A stretch of 64,000 nt of DNA from Candidatus Neptunichlamydia sp. (GCA_965233865.1 OZ247587.1:736001-800000), one strand, 5' to 3'; positions 20,166 through 31,176 are shown, counted from the stretch's first letter. The notes: a model not told the origin generated them from the letters alone. Numbers and translations are program-made.

Positions 20166-23100
20166 ATGAGATTAAGAAATGCTTTACTCTTAGTGATCAT
20201 CTCCCTTAATTTATTTGCTGTAACCAAAACTTGGCAGGGAACCAGCAGTTCCATGAGTACAGGGAGTAACTGGAGCCCTGCGGTAGCACCGATGCCAGGT
20301 GATGATTTAGTTTTTCCTAAGTCCCCTACTGTAAGCTCAATTACGAACGACATTGTTGGAACCCTCAACGTTGGATCCATGAGCTTTCACGATACTTATA
20401 CCCTCTCAGGCAACTCGTTTGCTACAGCTGCATCAGGAGGGGTTAGTATCTCTTTAGGCACCCTGACTTTCAATCAACCCAACCAATTTTCTGGAGTCAT
20501 CTCAGTTGGTACCGTTGCCACTCCAGCTACTTTGACAGCTGGTGCTGCGGGGGCTATTGGAAACGCAAGTTTTCAGCCATTTGTTACTTTGCTTGGCACG
20601 AGTACATTAAACTTGAATGGCAATGATAATACTTTATTATTCCTCTCAGGAAACCTTGGAAGCTCAGTGACTCTAGGTTCTGGAACCCTCACTGTAATAG
20701 GATCTTCTACAGATCTCCCTTTCTATGGAAACGTGTCAGGGGCAGGCAATATAGCGGTTCCCTCAGGAACTCTTCCTCTAATGGGAACCAACACATATTC
20801 AGGAACAACAACGATCCAAGGAGGCGGGTCTTTAAATACTTTGAACAGCACTGGATCGACGAGTATGATCTCTTTCCCATCAGGGGCAGGATCACTTGTA
20901 TTTGGCGGTTCTGGTAGTTTCAACACACCGATTGACATTGCCGGTACGGCTCAGATTAGCGTCAACGACCACAATGTCACACTTTCTGGAGAACTGTCTG
21001 GCCCTGGCACCTTGCAAAAACTAGGGCGTGGAACTTTGACTCTAACCGGGACAAACACAAACTTAACAGGGCCCCTAATTATTAAAGGAGGAATTTTAAA
21101 TGTTACCACTGCGAGTTTAGGGAATTTTACGTCTATTTTATTTGATACGTTTGGAGGAGCCATTCAAATCGCAGAAAATATGGCCATTCCCCAACCTATT
21201 ACCCTCTCTAACTTTGGTGGATTTGATACAAATGGATTTAATCTCACAATCAGTGGCCCGATCTCAGGATCCCACCCATTCACTAAGTCAGGTGCAGGCA
21301 CACTTACCTTAACAAACAGCGTAAGTAACTACACGGGAAAAACCGTGATTCAGGAAGGGACCTTGAATGTGACACCCACAACCTTTCCAACTAGCTCTAC
21401 TCAGCTTGTTTTTGATAGCCCTGGAACTGGCATTCTTCAAATTGCAGATAACTTCCCAAGCTTTACTTCTTCAATCGTCTTGTTTGACAACGGAACAATC
21501 GATACCAACTCCCAAAATATGACAATTTCTGGAGTCATTGCCGGGCTCACAGGAAACACTTTTAATAAAAATGGAATGGGAACCCTGATTTTAATGGGGG
21601 AGAATGTGTATCAAGCAGCTACAAGCGTCAACGCAGGAACACTTCAAGCAGGCATCGCCTCTATGACAACTTATGGACCCTTTGGACTCAGCTCGCCTGT
21701 CACCGTTGCTTCTGGAGCAACACTTGACTTTCAAAATTTCGAAACAACAGTTGGAAGTTTAGATAACTTGGGGACAGTTTTTAGTAGCAACACAGTAGAT
21801 GCCTCCAGTTTCACTCAAGCGAATTCTGGCACGCTCGAGTTAAATTTTCCCACAAACCAAGCAGTCCCCGTTGGAAATATCTCTGTTACAGGTGCCATTA
21901 ACTTGGATGGCATGCTAGATGTGACAAACACAGGGGGCTTTACTTTCACGCAAGGGAACGAAATCATATTACTGCAATCATCAGGTTCAGGAAAACAACT
22001 CACTGGCACCTTCTCATCGGCTACTCTTCCCTTTGGTAAATTAAAATATGACTACGCTCAAAACCAAGTTATTTTGGGACTTGGTGGTTGCGATGGAATT
22101 TGGGGATCGGCATCTAATGGTGACTGGGGCTTAGTTGGAAACTGGTCTTCTAGTTGTGTCCCTGGAATCGGTGGTAACTCCCAAGACTCTGCAACATTTA
22201 ATGATGTTGCAGCAGGAGCTGTGACAGTGACTCTTGCTGATAGTGGAACAAGTACCGCTTTGCCCGTAATCCTTCATGATATCACTTTTAACGCCTCTAG
22301 CACCGTTTTTACAATCGATCAGTTTGACAACACCAGTGTGATCACTTTAGATGCTCCTTCAGGAAGCTCAAGCCCAACCATTCATATCACAGATGGAACT
22401 CCAACAATTAATACACCTATTCTCCTTAATACTGCCTCTGTATTCTCTCTCAGCACCGGGACACTCACTCTAGGTTCTAATACAACCATTACATCGGCTA
22501 ACAATGACGGCCTACAAATTATCGAGGGACAAAATAACGGGACATTAACGAATAACGGATCAATCACTCCTGCTAGTTTGGCAGTCAATGGAAGTACACT
22601 CAATAACAACGCAACAATCCAAACCACGGGTTCTATCATAATCGAAGATCTTGCAGGACTTACGAATCCCATTATGGTCACTAATGCTTCAACATTTACT
22701 GCTGGCACAACCTTTAGCATTGGAGGAGATTCGACCGTCACAAATAGTGCAACAATGGCTTCTGAGGGGAACTTCACAATCAACAATGGCATGGTTACCA
22801 ACCAGTCTGGAGGTCAGTTAAACGCTGGATCAAGCAGCACTTTCTCTGTTACAGGAGGCACGTTGACAAATGCTCAAGGCGGAATATTAGGAACAGCAGA
22901 TTCAAATCTATCTGTGAGTGGTGGAGCCCTTAACTCTGCCGACCAAATCTTGGCAAATAACTACACCCAAACTAGTGGCGGAACACTAGGATTAAATTTC
23001 CCAACAACTTCAGCTTCACCCGTTGGAAAAATTTCAGCTGCTGCTGCAATTAGTTTAAGCGGTACCCTAAACGTAACAAATACCGGCGGCTTTTCTCCTA

Positions 23101-25466
23101 CTCCTGGAACTGAAATTGTTTTATTAGAATCTTCAGGCTCTGGAAAACAACTTTCCGGATCCTTCACCACGACCACCCTTCCCTTTGGTAAGTTGAAATA
23201 TGACTACAGCCAAAACCAGGTCATTTTAGGCGTTGGGGGTTGCGATGGAACTTGGGCAGCTACTACTAATGGAAACTGGGGAACTGTTGGGAACTGGTCG
23301 TCTGGGTGTGTCCCTGGAATCAACGGAAATGCCCAAGATTCCAGCACATTTAACGACGTCGCTGCGGGAGCTATCACAGTCACCCTTGCAAATGATTCAG
23401 GAAATGCCGCATTGCCAGTTATTCTCCATGAAATTGCTTTCAACTCTGCAAACACCACTTACACAATCGAGCAATTTGACAACACTAGCATCATCCATTT
23501 AGATGAACCAAATGCGAGCTCATCTCCCTCCATTATCCTCACAGCTGGAACTGCAACAATTGATACCCCGATTATACTCAACACCGACTCAGTGCTTTCA
23601 GTCAGCTCTGGAACACTCATATTCGGTCCCAATACCACAATCGCAGGTTCGAATGATTTACAAATCAGTGAAGGACACACAAGTGGAACAATCACAAACA
23701 ATGGAGCGATCACACCAGCGAGTTTCACAATCGAAGGAAACACCTTCAACAACATGGGGTCGGTCCAAACCACCGGTTCAATTGTCATCGAAGACCTTCC
23801 AGGAGTAGACAACCCAATTGTAATCAACAATTTCTCAACATTTATTGCTGGCACCAACTTGAGCATTAGCGGAAATGCCATGATCTCGAACCAATCGGGT
23901 GCACAGATGAACGCAGGTTCAGGTAGCCTTCTCTCAGTTGCTGGTGGAACAGTGACAAATAGCCAAGGGGCAACATTTGGCACTTCTGATGCCGATCTCA
24001 CTATCTCAGGGGGAATAGTGAATAACTCTGGGATTACAAAAGCAAAAACCTACACACAAAGTAGCCCAGCCACCCTTCAGCTAAATCTCTTGAACAGTTC
24101 CAGTTTTGGACAAGTTCTTGTGAGCGATCAAGCAAGCCTCGGTGGAAACCTCATCATCAACGCTTCCTCTGACCCCTCGATCGTATCAGGCCAAAGCTTT
24201 GATCTGATCACGACTCAAAATGGGGTTTCCAACACTTTCTCTAATATTTCATTTCAAGGATTCCCTGGTTCTACCATCCCTGATTTAATCTATCTGCCAA
24301 ACACCGTGCAATTGAAGACCAGCCCATCTGTTCCGGGCCATTTTAGCGGAAACCAATCTCACATTTCTTTTGGATTGGTCAGACAGCACAGTTCATACGT
24401 GAGAAGAAAGTGCTTCCAATTTAGAGATCGATTGCCAAATGGCTCTGCTCCAGCAAATCAAAATACCATCTCGCAAATTAACCTCACACATCCTGAAGTT
24501 AAAGGAATAATGGTCTCTCTTAAAGAACCTACAAGCATGAACACTGCTCAGGAGAAAGATACTACCCCGATCTTGGAACCACTCCCCACCAGAGCAAACC
24601 ACACAAGAGATGGAAAGGTCTACATTGGTCCTGTTGCCTCTTTTGGAGAAATCGATTCAAAAAAAGACCAAATCGGCTCCACTTATACCTCTGCTGGAGG
24701 ACTCATTGGTGCGGATTATCTTTTCCGAGAGATTGAAAAATTTCCCTGCGACATTGGAGTGGGTGGAACCGTTCAATATCGTAGGCTTTGTGGAAACGGA
24801 AAAAATAATTCAGGAGACTATCAAAGCCATATTCTCCATGGAAGTCTCTACAGTTCATTTATTCCTCAAGCACTCCAAGCGCTTTCTATCGAAACCGTTG
24901 TTGGATACACGCACATTTGGGACTACTTAAACCGCACAGCTGGTTTTGACAAAAATAGCAAAGCAAGAAGCAACACAGATCAAAATCTCTTTGATACTCT
25001 TCTCGGTTTAGAGTACACACTCACCTTGCCAAAACAATTTTCATTTACTCCCTATCTGTATCTACAATACATCTACAATCACGTTGATGGTTTCAAAGAA
25101 AGTGGCGCTAAGATTTATAACCTAAAAGTGAAGTCTCAATCCATTAACTCACTGAACACCCAATTAGGAGCTCGGACCTGTTACAACCTGATCAGAAAAA
25201 GCTACACGTTAACATTTGAACTGGATGTAGAGTGGATCAGAGAGTATTTAAACAATGACCGTTCAGTTGGATTTATTCCTTTTTTGATTACCAACCAGCC
25301 AACAAATATCACAGCATTTGCCCCTTCTAGAAATAGCATCTTGCTGGCCACTGACTTACTGTTAAAATTTCCAAATGGATGGCAAGCAGAAGCGGGCTGC
25401 ACGTTCCAGTATAATAGCTTATTTTACGACAACTTTTTCTACTTAGGTGTCGGAAAGCGATTCTAA
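20166..25466 (+). CDS. Large autotransporter adhesin (1766 aa)
   Basis: Signal peptide, several passenger-associated repeats (KSGAGTLTLTNSVSNYTGKTVIQEGTL), a Ser/Thr/Gly/Asn-rich beta-helical passenger and a barrel ending YLGVGKRF. Confidence 0.9.
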   Translation: MRLRNALLLVIISLNLFAVTKTWQGTSSSMSTGSNWSPAVAPMPGDDLVFPKSPTVSSITNDIVGTLNVGSMSFHDTYTLSGNSFATAASGGVSISLGTLTFNQPNQFSGVISVGTVATPATLTAGAAGAIGNASFQPFVTLLGTSTLNLNGNDNTLLFLSGNLGSSVTLGSGTLTVIGSSTDLPFYGNVSGAGNIAVPSGTLPLMGTNTYSGTTTIQGGGSLNTLNSTGSTSMISFPSGAGSLVFGGSGSFNTPIDIAGTAQISVNDHNVTLSGELSGPGTLQKLGRGTLTLTGTNTNLTGPLIIKGGILNVTTASLGNFTSILFDTFGGAIQIAENMAIPQPITLSNFGGFDTNGFNLTISGPISGSHPFTKSGAGTLTLTNSVSNYTGKTVIQEGTLNVTPTTFPTSSTQLVFDSPGTGILQIADNFPSFTSSIVLFDNGTIDTNSQNMTISGVIAGLTGNTFNKNGMGTLILMGENVYQAATSVNAGTLQAGIASMTTYGPFGLSSPVTVASGATLDFQNFETTVGSLDNLGTVFSSNTVDASSFTQANSGTLELNFPTNQAVPVGNISVTGAINLDGMLDVTNTGGFTFTQGNEIILLQSSGSGKQLTGTFSSATLPFGKLKYDYAQNQVILGLGGCDGIWGSASNGDWGLVGNWSSSCVPGIGGNSQDSATFNDVAAGAVTVTLADSGTSTALPVILHDITFNASSTVFTIDQFDNTSVITLDAPSGSSSPTIHITDGTPTINTPILLNTASVFSLSTGTLTLGSNTTITSANNDGLQIIEGQNNGTLTNNGSITPASLAVNGSTLNNNATIQTTGSIIIEDLAGLTNPIMVTNASTFTAGTTFSIGGDSTVTNSATMASEGNFTINNGMVTNQSGGQLNAGSSSTFSVTGGTLTNAQGGILGTADSNLSVSGGALNSADQILANNYTQTSGGTLGLNFPTTSASPVGKISAAAAISLSGTLNVTNTGGFSPTPGTEIVLLESSGSGKQLSGSFTTTTLPFGKLKYDYSQNQVILGVGGCDGTWAATTNGNWGTVGNWSSGCVPGINGNAQDSSTFNDVAAGAITVTLANDSGNAALPVILHEIAFNSANTTYTIEQFDNTSIIHLDEPNASSSPSIILTAGTATIDTPIILNTDSVLSVSSGTLIFGPNTTIAGSNDLQISEGHTSGTITNNGAITPASFTIEGNTFNNMGSVQTTGSIVIEDLPGVDNPIVINNFSTFIAGTNLSISGNAMISNQSGAQMNAGSGSLLSVAGGTVTNSQGATFGTSDADLTISGGIVNNSGITKAKTYTQSSPATLQLNLLNSSSFGQVLVSDQASLGGNLIINASSDPSIVSGQSFDLITTQNGVSNTFSNISFQGFPGSTIPDLIYLPNTVQLKTSPSVPGHFSGNQSHISFGLVRQHSSYVRRKCFQFRDRLPNGSAPANQNTISQINLTHPEVKGIMVSLKEPTSMNTAQEKDTTPILEPLPTRANHTRDGKVYIGPVASFGEIDSKKDQIGSTYTSAGGLIGADYLFREIEKFPCDIGVGGTVQYRRLCGNGKNNSGDYQSHILHGSLYSSFIPQALQALSIETVVGYTHIWDYLNRTAGFDKNSKARSNTDQNLFDTLLGLEYTLTLPKQFSFTPYLYLQYIYNHVDGFKESGAKIYNLKVKSQSINSLNTQLGARTCYNLIRKSYTLTFELDVEWIREYLNNDRSVGFIPFLITNQPTNITAFAPSRNSILLATDLLLKFPNGWQAEAGCTFQYNSLFYDNFFYLGVGKRF
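21810..24060 (+). repeat. Diverged tandem duplication with a 1152-nt (384-aa) period in the passenger
   Basis: PFGKLKYDYxQNQVILGxGGCDG starts at 22029 and at 23181; outer boundaries are approximate. Confidence 0.88.
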
Positions 25467-25852
25467 ACCCGGGAGTAGTGTTCTCTCCGAGGTCTTTTTT
25501 CAAGAAGATCCTTTTCTACTTGCCTCAACATGAACTCTGAATAAATAGGCTAAACTTTCGAGTTAAAGGGGATTGATAAACTTGGTTCGGAAAAGTTTTT
25601 ACGAGTGAAAAGTTTTCATTTTGATCCTTTTTTGTTATCATAAAAAGATCAGTTCACCTCTAATAAACTATTTTTTTTGAAAATGCAGGCTCTGCCAAAA
25701 CTATACAATAAAAGAAAAATGGGACATGATATGTTAGAAGAGAGCTGTAAATGATTGCAACTGCTATAAATTAGCTTAATATAAAGTGACTACTGAGTCA
25801 AAGTACGACCGCATGATCTCTTTAAAATAAGACGAATTCTTCGGAGTAATAA

Positions 25853-27976
25853 ATGAGTAAACTATCAAGTATTTTTAGAGCGAATAAGCTAGTCGGACTG
25901 GTTAACAAATCAAGCGATATCATTTTAGCTGGGTTTATCATCATGATCATTGGAATGATCATCATTCCAGTACCCCCAACTGTCATTGATATCATGATTG
26001 CAATCAATATGAGTGCTGCCATTTGTCTTTTGATGGTTGCACTGTACATTCAAAAAGCGGTCCACCTCTCGATTTTCCCTTCTATTCTTCTAATTACAAC
26101 CCTCTTCCGATTGGGAATTGAAATTGCCGCAACCAGGCAGATTCTTCTTCACGCCAATGCAGGACACATTATCTTTGCATTTGGTAACTTTGTCGTTGGT
26201 GGAAATTTTATTGTCGGGGGTGTCATCTTCCTAATTATTACCATCGTGCAGTTCATTGTTGTGACAAAGGGTGCCGAGCGTGTTGCTGAAGTTGCTGCCC
26301 GCTTTACCCTTGATGCGATGCCTGGTAAACAGATGAGTATCGATGCCGACCTTAGAAGTGGAACGATCGACTCAAACCAAGCACGAGAACTCCGTCTCGC
26401 TCTCCAAAAAGAAAGTCAACTTTATGGTGCGATGGATGGTGCGATGAAGTTTGTAAAAGGGGATGTTATTGCCGGAGTTATCATTGCAGTCATTAACATT
26501 GTCGGGGGTCTCGTTATCGGGATGCTTATTCATAATATGACAGGTCTTGTTGCGGCAAAAACATATAGCCTCTTATCGATTGGGGAAGGTCTGGTTACAC
26601 AAATCCCTTCCCTAATGATTTCCCTTACTGCCGGTGTTGTGACCACCAGGGTTTCAAGTGAGAAGAAAGATACTAACCTTGGTAAAGATATCTCCTCACA
26701 AATCTTTTCTCATTCAAAAGGGCTCATACTCGCCGGCTGTGTTACTTTTGGTATGGCGTGGCTAGAAGGGTTCCCCACCTGGATATTCTTGCTACTAACA
26801 ACCCTATTTGTAGGTGTCGGGTTAAAGAACCATTTCAAAGAAAAAAAACGCGCAACCAAAGCAGCGACAGGAACGGTTGGCCCTGCAAGTGTCGAAACCG
26901 ATATCGAAGGCCACACTGTTGTTCGCGGAGGTCTCGATGACTACGCATTAACACTCCCTGTGATCTTAGAGATGGGAAATGAATTATCTGGAGTGACCCG
27001 AAAAGAAAAAGGGGGTACGACATTTATCGACGATATGATCCCCAAGATGCGTCATGCCCTTTATCAAGATTTAGGAGTTCGGTTTCCAGGTGTTCATGTC
27101 CGTACTGAATCCCCAACCCTCGAGCCTACTGAATACTCGATCTTCCTCAATGAAGTCCCCATTGTTCGTGGACGGATTATGGAAGGGTCTGTTCTCACCA
27201 GCGAAAGTGAAGAGACACTCAGACGCTACAACCTCCCGTTCACTCAGTCAAAAAATGCAATTGGGCAAGCTACCCTATGGGTTGAAAACCGCTACGTCGA
27301 AGTCTTAAAAAAGGCCGGAATCAAATATTGGAAACCTCTTGATGTCATGATCCTTCACCTTTCTCAATTTTACAAAAGTTATGCCGCCGACTTCATTGGA
27401 ATTCAAGAAATTCGAGCAATTTTAGAGTTTTTGGAAAAGTCCTTCCCCGACCTAGTCAAAGAAGTCAGCCGACTCGTTCCTTTACAAAAGCTCACAGAAA
27501 TTTTCAGACGTTTGGTGCAAGAACAAATTTCGATCAAAGACCTACGGACAATCTTGGAATCACTCAGCGAATGGGCTCAAACAGAAAAAGATACAGTTCT
27601 TCTTACCGAGTATGTCCGTTCCTCGCTGAAACGCTACATCAGTTACAAATACTCTCTTGGGCAAACAGTTCTTTCTGTCTATCTCCTTGACCCTGAAATT
27701 GAAGATATGGTCCGTGGCGCAATTAAGCAAACCTCTGCAGGTTCTTACCTCGCTCTAGACCCTGATTCTGTACAACTTATTCTCCATGCAATGCGAGGAG
27801 TCATTGTCCCCACCCCTCCGGGCGGTCAACCCCCTGTCCTTCTTACAGCAATCGATGTGCGTCGTTTTACAAAAAAGTTAATTGAAGGAGATTTCCCCGA
27901 ACTTCCAGTTGTCTCTTACCAAGAGATTGTCCCTGAAGTGCGTATCCAACCCCTAGGCAGAATCCAGTTGTCATGA
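25853..27976 (+). CDS. sctV: Type III secretion export gate SctV (CdsV/LcrD)
   Basis: FHIPEP signature VTKGAERVAEVAARFTLDAMPGKQMSIDADL and GAMDGAMKFVKGD. Confidence 0.97.
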   Translation: MSKLSSIFRANKLVGLVNKSSDIILAGFIIMIIGMIIIPVPPTVIDIMIAINMSAAICLLMVALYIQKAVHLSIFPSILLITTLFRLGIEIAATRQILLHANAGHIIFAFGNFVVGGNFIVGGVIFLIITIVQFIVVTKGAERVAEVAARFTLDAMPGKQMSIDADLRSGTIDSNQARELRLALQKESQLYGAMDGAMKFVKGDVIAGVIIAVINIVGGLVIGMLIHNMTGLVAAKTYSLLSIGEGLVTQIPSLMISLTAGVVTTRVSSEKKDTNLGKDISSQIFSHSKGLILAGCVTFGMAWLEGFPTWIFLLLTTLFVGVGLKNHFKEKKRATKAATGTVGPASVETDIEGHTVVRGGLDDYALTLPVILEMGNELSGVTRKEKGGTTFIDDMIPKMRHALYQDLGVRFPGVHVRTESPTLEPTEYSIFLNEVPIVRGRIMEGSVLTSESEETLRRYNLPFTQSKNAIGQATLWVENRYVEVLKKAGIKYWKPLDVMILHLSQFYKSYAADFIGIQEIRAILEFLEKSFPDLVKEVSRLVPLQKLTEIFRRLVQEQISIKDLRTILESLSEWAQTEKDTVLLTEYVRSSLKRYISYKYSLGQTVLSVYLLDPEIEDMVRGAIKQTSAGSYLALDPDSVQLILHAMRGVIVPTPPGGQPPVLLTAIDVRRFTKKLIEGDFPELPVVSYQEIVPEVRIQPLGRIQLS

Positions 27977-28000
27977 TACAATGGGAGCAAAGGGTAAAAT

Positions 28001-29176
28001 ATGTCTGACGAACGAGTCAATAAAGCTTCAGGTTCTTCACACGATGTTAATATTCAGCAAGCTAAGAAAGCCGAGCAAGCGCAAAAACTTGCCCGAATGG
28101 TAGCTCGTCAAGTCGGAAGTCAGGAGGCGCTTCAAGAAGCTACTGAGATGATGAACTTTAACCCTCTAGCAATGAAGAAGAAGTTCGAACCATTAAGGAC
28201 TAAAAACCACCCCCCTGCCGAAACCTCAAAATCCCAAAAGACTGAAGAACAAAAAGAAGCAGACGCTGGAGAAACTTCTGCCATCGAAGAAATTGCAGAA
28301 GATTACTACCAAAGAAATCCCGAACTTCAGAAAAAGACCCTCACAAATCTCTCCAAGGAGATGAAGCCCAACGATTCTCACGATGAGATCCTTAATAAGC
28401 TTCAGAAAACATATACCGATAAAGCTCTCGCTGATGAAGCGATCGATTTCCTTATTGAAATCTCTCAAAATAAAGAAGAGATTAAACAGAAATACATTAC
28501 GGCTAAGCAGGATTTTAATGCCCAGTTTGAGAGAGAAATCCAAGCGGGTCGCAATATTGGAATCCAAGCTAGGGCATTTGCTGAAAAAGGACTTGGAAGT
28601 CCAACAGCACTTCGAGACCTTTACCGCGAGATTACAGGAAACCCCCGCACTCCCCACAAGCTCTTCGAAGAATTGACTCAAAAGTTTAAGTTCTCAGATA
28701 TGAAGAATATTATCGACTTTATCCTCCATTCTCTAGGCACAGATATGAAAACAAAAGGACCTTCAATCCCTCGTGCAGAGTTGCAACGCCTGTTTGGAGA
28801 AGCCCGTTCTATGCAAGCCATTCTTGGAGTCTTCCGCTTTTTCTTTGGCAGGATGAAAATGATCAAAAGACAGTTTGATCACCATGATTTAACAATGCCG
28901 AGCCGCATTAATTTCGAAGTTTTAGCCCGTCTCCTAATGAAGCTCCTCCAAGAGAGGTACCCTACACCTGATAAAATTCTAAAACTCTCTTTCACTTTGG
29001 GAATTGCTGAAGAACTTGCTGCGCAAATTGTGGTCTATACTCAGTATCGAGATGCAATGCGTCATGTTTCTCCAAAACTCTTTAAATCTGAGCGCCACCG
29101 CCAAGAAATTCTCATGGCATTGATGGAAACATTGAGTGACTTAGAAGATGAGCTCAACGATGAGGATGAGGAATAA
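28001..29176 (+). CDS. copN: Type III secretion gatekeeper CopN (SctW)
   Basis: Position after sctV; SPTALRDLYREITGNPRT and HrpJ-like helical content. Confidence 0.85.
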   Translation: MSDERVNKASGSSHDVNIQQAKKAEQAQKLARMVARQVGSQEALQEATEMMNFNPLAMKKKFEPLRTKNHPPAETSKSQKTEEQKEADAGETSAIEEIAEDYYQRNPELQKKTLTNLSKEMKPNDSHDEILNKLQKTYTDKALADEAIDFLIEISQNKEEIKQKYITAKQDFNAQFEREIQAGRNIGIQARAFAEKGLGSPTALRDLYREITGNPRTPHKLFEELTQKFKFSDMKNIIDFILHSLGTDMKTKGPSIPRAELQRLFGEARSMQAILGVFRFFFGRMKMIKRQFDHHDLTMPSRINFEVLARLLMKLLQERYPTPDKILKLSFTLGIAEELAAQIVVYTQYRDAMRHVSPKLFKSERHRQEILMALMETLSDLEDELNDEDEE

Positions 29177-29623
29177 ATGGATCGCTTTCAAGAACTCCTT
29201 TGGGATCTCGGAGAACTCATTGACATTCCCCTTCATATAGACAAAAACCATGCATGCAATCTTCTTTTGAATGACAAGCTGGAAATCCAGCTTCAAATGG
29301 ACTCTCACGAAGAAAATCTTATTATCTGGGCTTTTCTTCATGAAATCCCCCCTGGAAAATTCCGAGAAAATGTCCTTAAAGATGCCCTCAAAGTCAACGG
29401 AGAATTCCACCCGTTTGGACCCCTAGCCTACTATGAAAAGAAAAATATGCTTATCCTCCATAAATTTATTCCTGCCGAGACCCTTTCAGGAGAAAAATTG
29501 ATGGAGAATCTTGAAAAGTTTATTGAAGAAGCCGAAGAGTGGCGCTCTACGCTTGAGCGAGGAGGAACCTCTCCATTAAAATATCACAGTGCTGATGCAA
29601 AACCTCCCTCCTTCATGAAATAA
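29177..29623 (+). CDS. scc1: Type III secretion chaperone Scc1 (SycE/CesT family)
   Basis: Acidic 148-aa protein after copN containing PPGKFRENVLKDALKVNG. Confidence 0.85.
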   Translation: MDRFQELLWDLGELIDIPLHIDKNHACNLLLNDKLEIQLQMDSHEENLIIWAFLHEIPPGKFRENVLKDALKVNGEFHPFGPLAYYEKKNMLILHKFIPAETLSGEKLMENLEKFIEEAEEWRSTLERGGTSPLKYHSADAKPPSFMK

Positions 29624-31176
29624 TGAAAGAATTTCCAACTGAAAAAGCTTGGAAAAAAGTGGGAATGAAACACCACCATGGTATCCAAATCCCCCTCCTG
29701 TCAATTCGAACAGCAAAAAGTTCTGGAAACGGTGAATTCCTTGATCTTATTCCATTAATCGATTGGGTTGCTTCTCTAGAGATGGATGTTTTACAACTCC
29801 TTCCTCTCAACGATTCAGGACGTGATCCTAGCCCCTATAATGCTCTTTCTGCAACAGCCCTTCACCCCATCTACCTCAGCCTTTATGCCCTCCTACACAG
29901 CGAAGGACTCGAAGCCTTTCATCCCTTTAATGAAACAAAGCAGGTAGCGTACCGACAAGTCCTTGATCAAAAACTTACCTACCTAAAAAAGTACGTTGAG
30001 AAAAATGGGAAAAAAACTTTAGAAAGCCCCGACTATCTCGCCTTCATTCAAAAAAAATCTCACCTAGAAGACTACGCACTTTACAAAGTTCTCAAGGAAA
30101 AACATAACAATTATGAGTGGATAAATTGGCCCAAAGAAGGGCAAAATCTTTCTCGAAATAAGCGCCGCAATTTAGCAAAGAAACTGACCCATGACACCAA
30201 CTTTCACCTTGTTGTTCAGTTTCTTTGCCATGAGCAACTCAAAAAAGTGAAAACCCATGCCGAAAAAAAAGGGGTCTTTCTAAAGGGCGACATTCCCATT
30301 CTTATTAGCCCTGATAGCGCTGATGTGTGGGCACACACAAAGTTTTTTGATCTTTCATTTACAGTAGGGAGCCCCCCTAATCAATTTGATCCTCCAGGAC
30401 AAAACTGGCTATTTCCTCTTTATAATTGGAAAGCAATGGAGAAAAATCATTTTGAATGGTGGAGGAAACGGATCGAAGTCGCCACCTATTACTTTCACAT
30501 CTATCGCGTTGATCATATTCTTGGTTTTTTTCGCATTTGGGCCATTCCCCACAAAAAAACACCTTCAGAAGGGCACTTTGTTCCAAAAGATCCAGCCCTT
30601 ATGGAAACTCAAGGTAAAATGCTTCTCGGTACACTCATCTCTTTTTCAGACATGCTTCCTATTGGGGAAGATCTAGGTGATTCCCCTTCTTTCGTGCGCC
30701 CAGTTATGGAAAAACTTGGGATTCCAGGAACCAAGATTTTTCGCCGCTATCGAAACTGGAAAACAGATCACTCCTTTATCCCCTACGAAAAATACCCTCC
30801 CATCAGCATTGCCTCAGTCTCGACTCATGACATTGAAACTCTCTCTCTTTGGTGGAAAAACTTTCCAGATGAAGCGCGTGACTATGCAGACTTTAAAGGA
30901 TGGAAGTATAAAAAAAAGCTCCCCATAGATTACCACCGCGCCATCTTCCGTGATATCCATCAATGCAATAGTCTGTTCTATGTCAACCTACTCCAGGAAT
31001 ACCTAGCCTTAACCCCCGACCTGACTTGGAACAATCCAGAAGATGAACGGATAAATATCCCAGGAACCGAGTCATCCCTCAACTGGACCTATCGTTACAG
31101 ACTCCCTATTGAAAGTCTCACTCAAAATGTTGCCCTCAAACAAGAAATAAGGAATGTGATAACTTCAGAAGTATGA
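29623..31176 (+). CDS. malQ: 4-alpha-glucanotransferase (GH77)
   Basis: QLLPLND, SPYNALS, KGDIPI, RVDHILGFFRIW, GEDLG, STHD and RINIPGT motifs. Confidence 0.95.
   Translation: MKEFPTEKAWKKVGMKHHHGIQIPLLSIRTAKSSGNGEFLDLIPLIDWVASLEMDVLQLLPLNDSGRDPSPYNALSATALHPIYLSLYALLHSEGLEAFHPFNETKQVAYRQVLDQKLTYLKKYVEKNGKKTLESPDYLAFIQKKSHLEDYALYKVLKEKHNNYEWINWPKEGQNLSRNKRRNLAKKLTHDTNFHLVVQFLCHEQLKKVKTHAEKKGVFLKGDIPILISPDSADVWAHTKFFDLSFTVGSPPNQFDPPGQNWLFPLYNWKAMEKNHFEWWRKRIEVATYYFHIYRVDHILGFFRIWAIPHKKTPSEGHFVPKDPALMETQGKMLLGTLISFSDMLPIGEDLGDSPSFVRPVMEKLGIPGTKIFRRYRNWKTDHSFIPYEKYPPISIASVSTHDIETLSLWWKNFPDEARDYADFKGWKYKKKLPIDYHRAIFRDIHQCNSLFYVNLLQEYLALTPDLTWNNPEDERINIPGTESSLNWTYRYRLPIESLTQNVALKQEIRNVITSEV

Noticed and set aside
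14512..25466. Calling the two autotransporters Pmp proteins
   Set aside because: Canonical alternating GGA(I/L/V) and FxxN repeats are not evident; they look like generic passenger-repeat autotransporters.
29623..31176. malQ inside a T3SS operon as a novelty
   Set aside because: This is the established conserved arrangement in chlamydiae.
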